DNA from: Adineta vaga
Taxonomy: Eukaryota > Animalia > Rotifera
Direction of reading: 5' to 3'
NCBI GenBank assembly: GCA_021613535.1
Contig: CP075496.1
Coordinates: 5,270,001 to 5,334,000 of the forward strand
DNA: 64,000 nt
Made by a program: the position numbers and the translations under genes. A model generated the notes under the pieces. The model worked only from the letters and a program-made list of their open reading frames with translations, was not told where the DNA came from and ran no database searches. Shown here piece after piece: positions 55,443-64,000 of this stretch. Positions within the stretch are counted from its first letter, which is position 1; each line of letters opens with the position of its first letter.

Positions 55443-56186
55443 AACAACCATTATGAAAGATCATCAACAAGAGACGACCTCTATCAAAATTTTTTTTCAG
55501 AAGTCACTCGTAATTTAGAGCGACGCGATTAAAAAACTATTGATGATTCTGATTTTCTAGGAAGAGAAGCAACAGAGAGAGTTCCTTATTATGTGTATCT
55601 CTCAAACAGTATGATAAGACTATTTGTTAGAAAAAGCAAAAACTATGTTGAATTCTTGTTTTATTCATCTTTTCACTTTCACCTTTAACCGAGCATTGTC
55701 CTTGTATCAGTCAAATAATGTGTCATAACTGTTTGAAAAACTTGAAAAAGATAAAGTATGATTATTATCATAGATTACTTGTTAAATGAGATCATGGTTC
55801 TTCAAAGAACTATTATCGTATTCTCTTCTAATTAAATTGAATGCCTATATGCATCGTTTTTGTTGATCAGTTTTTATGCTATCTAGAAAATCAAACATAT
55901 CTTCTTTGACAAAAGAATAGACAACTTCAGATACAAGTAGTTAAATATTCTGCTCGTGTGCCTATCTTCTATTATTTGTATTTGATTATCATTCATATCG
56001 AATGCACTATGTAACACTAACAACAGTCCTTCATTCGTCTCTTCTTTTTCTTTCACTTCACTACCTCTTCTCGCTCATATGGAGGCATAGATATATACAT
56101 AAAAACTAAGAAATATATAGGAGACATCTGGTGTAACCTTTTTCTATTTCTTCTTTCAATAAAAGTTTTATTTCGTATCTGTTAAC

Positions 56187-58139
<1,953 letters not shown>

Positions 58140-59352
58140 ATTTTGTTTTTTTTTGTTAAAAAAATGCATCTATATGATCAAATTGATTTTCGAAAGATAA
58201 TAATATCGATTGAATATACATCTTTCCTCATCATACTGATTCATGAATTGTAATCTGTATAGTTAGTTAGGAAAATTTCACAAAACAACAGAAAACGGTA
58301 ATTTGATAAAAATAAAAAATAATACATCTACGAATTTTTTTTTCAAACGAGATCATCTTAACCATATCTTGAAAACTCTCTGGTTAATACTATGTCCTAT
58401 AGAAGCCTTTCAAGATTATTCTTCTTTTATTTGCCGTATTAACGGATGTTTTCTAGTATGATCTCATTTTTATTTTTTGTTGTTCTATAATTAGTAGTTT
58501 TATTTGTCTCCCTTTCTAACACACTCCTAAACACGTTTGTTATTCTCATCGTAGAGTTGGTCTCTCCTATTTCTAAGGTTAGAGACCTTATCAAAGCAAT
58601 AAATAAAGACGTATTCTCATTCTTGTCGTAGAACCATTCGTTCTTTTTTCAGCTTTGTCATGCTGAGAGTGTTCTTCGTACATAGAAAGGCAAGAGATTA
58701 CATTCAGTAGTATTATATGGGATGTCGCAGAATACGAAGTTATTATCGTAAAATAAGACTTTTGCTTTGTCATGATGATTGTTAAATTTTTCTTCATTTT
58801 CGATTCTTGTATAAAAACCGATTTATACGTTTCTCTTTGAATTATAAAATACGAAAACATATAAGTTAAATACTTTAAGACAATAACTCATTCGTATTTA
58901 ATTGTGAAAATTATATTATTTTGTATTATTTTGATATATAAGTGTAAGTACATTTAATTCTTTTTCTATTAGTTAAAAACATTTATCGAATTTATGATTC
59001 GATCATTTTTCAAGGTTTGTTTTCAAGACATCTATATATTCTTCCAGAAGACGTTAGCGACATTACTATTCTCGTATGATAGATTGAGAGGAAAGATGTA
59101 AGCACTTATCGATTCTTTCCCATATAGTTATTCTTCTGAAGCAAAAATTTTTCAAGATAACTTCCCTTATCGACTAAAACCTAAGACAAATTGATACGAT
59201 TTGGATTCACATACATACACACACACCTCTTCTATTCTTTTCCTTTTGTTATCGATAAGAACATATATATATATATATAAAGATAACATGCTCTTATTTG
59301 AAAAAAAAAACATTCACATATCATTCATCCTTTTCTTAATAGAGAATCTATC

Positions 59353-61215
59353 ATGTTACAAAATCAAAATCAACTCGTACCATTTAATAAAGTTCAAGGA
59401 GTTGCATCGACAAATGTACATGCATATTCCAATGGTGATGATGATTTTTTCTCTGTTGAACGTCATTATTTACATGGGATTTTTATGGGTTTCAAATGGC
59501 AATGTGTTGAATTTGCTCGTCGATGGTTATTAATGCGTAAAAGTTGTGTCTTTCCACCAATTCCATGTGCGGCTGATATGTGGAACGATTTGAAATATGT
59601 CGAATGTGTTATCGATGGTAAACAATTTTCATTAAAATGCTATCCAAATGGTTCACCGCATTCTCCTAAACCTGATTCATTATTAATCTATCCTCGTAAT
59701 GAACAATTTCCATATGGTCATGTTGCAATTATTTGTGATATTGTACCTGGTTTTATACGTATTGCTGAACAGAATTATATTTATCATAGTTGGTCAGATA
59801 ATTATGCACGTGAAATATCTTTAAAATGTAAAGAAGATGGAAATTATTATATAGAAGATGAAGATGAAATATGTGGATGGATAGAAATTGATGATAATAA
59901 TCAATTGAAACCATTAGATGAAACACGACTTGATTTAATTTTAAAACAATATCAAAAAGCAACACCAATTGGTAAATTAGAACGTTCATCCATAACTGAT
60001 AAAAGTTTTCATTTAATTGATCATTGGTTAAATGAAGAAGATCCTGCGGAGAAATATTTTATAAAATTATATGGACCTAATTTAATTCGTGCTGATACGG
60101 ATACTTTACCTTATTATAAAGTTGATCAAGATTTAACTTTATCAATTGGAAGTACATCGAATGAATTACATCAAATGTTTTTAGATGCAACGAATTATGT
60201 TGTTGAAAATGATGATTTATTGAAACGATTTTGTATACCTGAAGTTTTCTGGCCAAAACTTCGTCAATCATGGTTAAATGAAAAAGATTTAAGTCTAACT
60301 GGACGATTTGATTTAGCTTTTGATGGTCAACAATTGAAAGTTTTCGAATATAATGCTGATAGTGCATCAGCTTTATTTGAAATTGCTGTTATTCAAGAAA
60401 AATGGGCACAAGCAGTCAAACTTGATCATACATTCATGTCGGGATTTCAAATTCATCGTTTATTATTGAAAAATTGGCAATTAATTTGTACAAATTTAAA
60501 TGTTAAACGTGTTCATTTACTGATTGATGATGATCAAGATGAAATCTTAACATCTTTATATATGCAATATGTTTTAAAACAAGCAAATATTGATTCGAAA
60601 TTATGTATTTTATACAATGATTTATTTTGGAAAGATTCGAAAATTGTAGACAATGAAGGTTATGAAGTTGAATTAGTTTGGAAAACATGGATGTGGGAAA
60701 GTATATTTAGTGATTATCTTGAAGGAGAAAAAACAGGAAAATTAAATGAAAAAATAAATGGACAACATCCGCGTCTATGCGAAATCCTATTAAATGATCA
60801 GATTAAAGTTATTGAACCTCTATGGAAAGTTATTCCAAGCAATAAAGCAATTCTACCTGTTCTATGGTCAATGTTTCCTAATCATCCACATCTTCTACGT
60901 AGTGAATGGACACTACCTGATGATTTAAAACAAAATGGATATGTTAAAAAACCAATTGTTGGACGTTGTGGACATAATGTCACATTATATGGTGCGAAAG
61001 GAGATTCTATACTTGATGAAACACAAGGTAAATTTACTGATCGCGATTTTATTTATCAACAATTATTTTCTTTACCAAAATATGATGATTATTATGCAAT
61101 ATTTGGTAGTTGGATAATTCATGGTCTATTTTCAGGATTTGGAATACGTGAAGATAAAAAATTGATTACCGATGCCGACAGTCCAGTAACAGCATGTTGT
61201 ATAGTATGGAGATAG
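59353..61215 (+). CDS. Bifunctional trypanothione/glutathionylspermidine synthetase-amidase (N-terminal CHAP amidase plus C-terminal ATP-grasp synthetase), intronless
   Basis: 620-aa single ORF. Amidase triad motifs KWQCVEFARRW (Cys), GHVAII (His), IAEQN (Glu); synthetase motifs GRFDLAFD, FEYNADSAS, WKTWMWES, EPLWKVIPSNKAILP, KKPIVGRCGHNV, GIREDKKLIT. Confidence 0.93.
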   Translation: MLQNQNQLVPFNKVQGVASTNVHAYSNGDDDFFSVERHYLHGIFMGFKWQCVEFARRWLLMRKSCVFPPIPCAADMWNDLKYVECVIDGKQFSLKCYPNGSPHSPKPDSLLIYPRNEQFPYGHVAIICDIVPGFIRIAEQNYIYHSWSDNYAREISLKCKEDGNYYIEDEDEICGWIEIDDNNQLKPLDETRLDLILKQYQKATPIGKLERSSITDKSFHLIDHWLNEEDPAEKYFIKLYGPNLIRADTDTLPYYKVDQDLTLSIGSTSNELHQMFLDATNYVVENDDLLKRFCIPEVFWPKLRQSWLNEKDLSLTGRFDLAFDGQQLKVFEYNADSASALFEIAVIQEKWAQAVKLDHTFMSGFQIHRLLLKNWQLICTNLNVKRVHLLIDDDQDEILTSLYMQYVLKQANIDSKLCILYNDLFWKDSKIVDNEGYEVELVWKTWMWESIFSDYLEGEKTGKLNEKINGQHPRLCEILLNDQIKVIEPLWKVIPSNKAILPVLWSMFPNHPHLLRSEWTLPDDLKQNGYVKKPIVGRCGHNVTLYGAKGDSILDETQGKFTDRDFIYQQLFSLPKYDDYYAIFGSWIIHGLFSGFGIREDKKLITDADSPVTACCIVWR

Positions 61216-61771
61216 ATCACGAGAGATTTCTTGTCGTTTTTTGTTAGTTTAACTTCATGTTTTAACGTCAACCAAATAATTAAGAAAATATTCCATTTCG
61301 TTGTATAACCTCTCTTCTATTTTTAGTATCTTTTATCGGTTGTTTATGTGCTTAATATATATACATATACATATATTTGAAATAGTTATTCATGGATGTA
61401 TTGAAAAACTAAATATCGACTTGAAACTACAAAGTCAAATAACTATCCGAACTCTGATATAATTCAGATTTATCAATCGATATTCTACGTTGAATGACAT
61501 TCTATTAGTAAATAAAGTCAGATTAATATTTTTAGCTCATTAGCACTTCTATTTCTTATTAAAGCAACGGGCAAAAAATTTCTCCAAGGTAGAGCAATAC
61601 GTCAGGTGTGTACAACAGAGGTCACTAGTTAATTAAGTAAAAGTAAAAAAATTAATCATACAAGATAAAATAAGTAAATCATATAAAAAGAATTCTTTCT
61701 TCCATCATAATTATCTCGGTTGGTTTTTTTTTACCAAATATTATGAGTTAATGAATATATTTTTTATGGTC

Positions 61772-61784
61772 ATTGCTAAGCAAT
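61772..61784. promoter_or_regulatory. RFX X-box-like palindrome upstream of CFAP52
   Basis: ATTGCT-A-AGCAAT is a perfect inverted repeat ~117 bp upstream of ATG 61901 and shares CTAAGCAA with the element upstream of rootletin. Confidence 0.5.
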
Positions 61785-61900
61785 AGTATAAAGAAAATGG
61801 TTGTCAACATTTCGAGACATTAAATTGCAAAAAAAGAAACACTGTGTTAGTGTTTTGTTACTCTTCTTTCTCGTCATCACAAACTAAACGATCGTACACA

Positions 61901-64000
61901 ATGACAACCACTAATAATCAGCCCGAACGACTTGATACATTACAAAGACTTGAACTTGAATCAACTATTGGATTTGAAGGTGAATATCTTTCTCATCATA
62001 AAATGAATCTTCTTCGGGTTGGAAATGTTTATTTTTGTCTATTGATACTTTAGGAAAAATTCCTCATGGTCTTAAATTACACCCCGATCGTATTCATATG
62101 GTTTATCCATTAGGATGCAATTTAGTTATTGAAAATTTACAAACACGACAACAAGAATTTCTTCTTGGACATAATAATAATATTTCATGTGTCACAATTT
62201 CAAATAATGGCAAATATATTGCTTCAGGTCAAGTAACATTTATGGGTTTTAAAGTAAATTTTTCATCTCACTTCTGTTTTACTGTAAAAAAATGTATTTG
62301 GTGAAATTCTTTTCTAGGCTGATATCATTGTTTGGGATTATGCAAATCGTGAACCATATGCTCGTCTTGTTTTACATAAAGTCAAAATTGAAGATTTAGT
62401 TTTTTCAGCATCCGATCGTTTTTTGATTTCACTTGGTGGACAAGATGATGGTGCTATTATTGTTTGGAATATTGATACGAAAGAACCCGTATGTGGTAGT
62501 CCAGCTCAACATAAAAGTGCGGGCATTACTTATTGCTTAGCTGCATCGAAAGAAGATGATTTACAATTTTATAGCGCTGGAAAGTAAGTCAAGAAATCGA
62601 ATGATCGTCTTATATCATAAATATATTCCGAAATTTAGTGGTACTATTCGATTCTGGCAATTAGATGTAGCTAATCGAAAAATTCGAGCAACTGATATCA
62701 ATACAGGTGTCATTAAACGTATTGTCAAATGTATGACTGTATGTAAATCAAACGTTTGAATTGATAGACAGAAAAAGAAGGCGTCTAATATTTGCTATCT
62801 GTAGGTATCACCCGATGGTATACATCTCTATTGCGGAACAACAACAGGTGATATACTTATGATCTATATTCCGGCTACTCAATTTAAAACAATGGGACCT
62901 GAAAAGAAAAAATATTCGATGGGTATTACGGCCATGCAAGCATTAGTGAATGGTGATGTTTTAATTGGAACAGGCGAAGGAAAAATTCATTTGACAGAAA
63001 AAGAAACATTCAAATCGTTAAAGTAGGCTTTAACCAAGATTAAAAAAATAAATTGTTAATCTTCGGTCTTTCATCGTAGATCTTTACAAGCATTGGGTGA
63101 AGTTACTTCATTGGCATTGAGAGGAGAAGGTCACATGGTATGTTATGTTCCTAATCACATTTAGTAATAAAATATACAGAAGATGGTTAAACTATTTTGA
63201 GAGTACCATACATTTTTCTAATTGGTACCATTACTTGAAACTTGCGATTGTTTTATGTAGATTTTTATTGGCACAGATCGATCACATATCTATAAAGTAA
63301 ACTATGGTGATTGGAAAATGGAATTAATTAATACATGTCATAATTCACCAATCAATGATGTTGCTTTTCCATTGTAAGTGTCGAATAATAATTCAAGAAT
63401 ATATGTATAAATCTCTCATTTTATTTCTCAGTGGTACTTCGGAGTTATTTGGTACATGTAGTTATCAAGATATTCGGTAAATGAGAAGAAAAATCCTTTT
63501 CAAATGTTACCATTTCCTCTAATTTTAGTATATGGCATGCACCAACTGGAAATGAATTATTACGAATTTCTCAAGCAAACAAAACATGTAATTCCCTTTG
63601 CTTTACTCGTGATGGCAAAATGATCGTTAGGTAATACAAAGATTTCATTGTATTTATGAAAAATGAACGTTTTTTTTATACATCTAGTGGTTGGGATGAT
63701 GGTCGTATTCGTGCATTTTATCCTGAATCAGGTCGTGAAATGTTTACTATCAATGATGCACATCATCGTGGTGTTACAGCCGTTGCTGTTACAAATGATT
63801 GCCGTCGTATAATTAGTGGCGGTGGTGAAGGTATGATTCGAGTTTGGCAAATCAATGCCAAGTCACAAGAACTATTAGCAACAATGAAAGAACATAAAAA
63901 TGCCGTTGTTTCGATTCGTATCAATAAATCTGATACAGAATGTGTTACAGCATCACTCGATGGTACTTGTATCATTTGGAATTTGAAGTAAGAAAAATGA
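61901..64000 (+). CDS. CFAP52: Cilia- and flagella-associated protein 52 (WDR16), 5' part; runs off the window
   Basis: LELESTIGFEG|KIPHGLKLHPD..HMVYPLG, YIASGQVTFMGFK|ADIIVWD, SLGGQDDG, SGWDDGRIRAFYPESGR, ISGGGEGMIRVW; WD40 repeats. Confidence 0.92.

Overview
Gene-dense, AT-rich eukaryotic (animal) genomic DNA with many ~50-65 nt GT-AG introns. The intron size, composition and an intronless non-metazoan-type enzyme gene among ordinary animal genes suggest a bdelloid rotifer (inference). Sixteen protein-coding genes were reconstructed by eye, in order: a MATH/TRAF-like repeat protein, a PACSIN-like F-BAR protein without SH3, Par-3, a Goliath-type PA-TM-RING E3 ligase, an unidentified PTB/PH-like polyQ protein, SDHC, TDP-43, PRMT1, MTG2 (Obg), UNG, rootletin, Pax2/5/8, IQCE, alanine aminotransferase, a trypanothione/glutathionylspermidine synthetase-amidase, and the 5' part of CFAP52. 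A possible small antisense gene is nested in a rootletin intron. Top findings: (1) an intact, intronless kinetoplastid-like trypanothione/Gsp synthetase-amidase, probably horizontally acquired; (2) a Pax2/5/8 with a full-length degenerate homeodomain that keeps the PRD-class codon 46/47 intron (PaxB-like architecture); (3) a TDP-43 locus with no N-terminal domain, a candidate frame-shifting cassette exon and a UG-rich 3' region, suggesting autoregulation; (4) RFX X-box-like motifs upstream of all three ciliary genes; (5) a fourfold two-exon repeat module in IQCE; (6) an apparent frameshift in the Par-3 tail. Gene models and family calls come from motif recognition, not database searches. No rRNA, tRNA, CRISPR or recognisable transposon was found.
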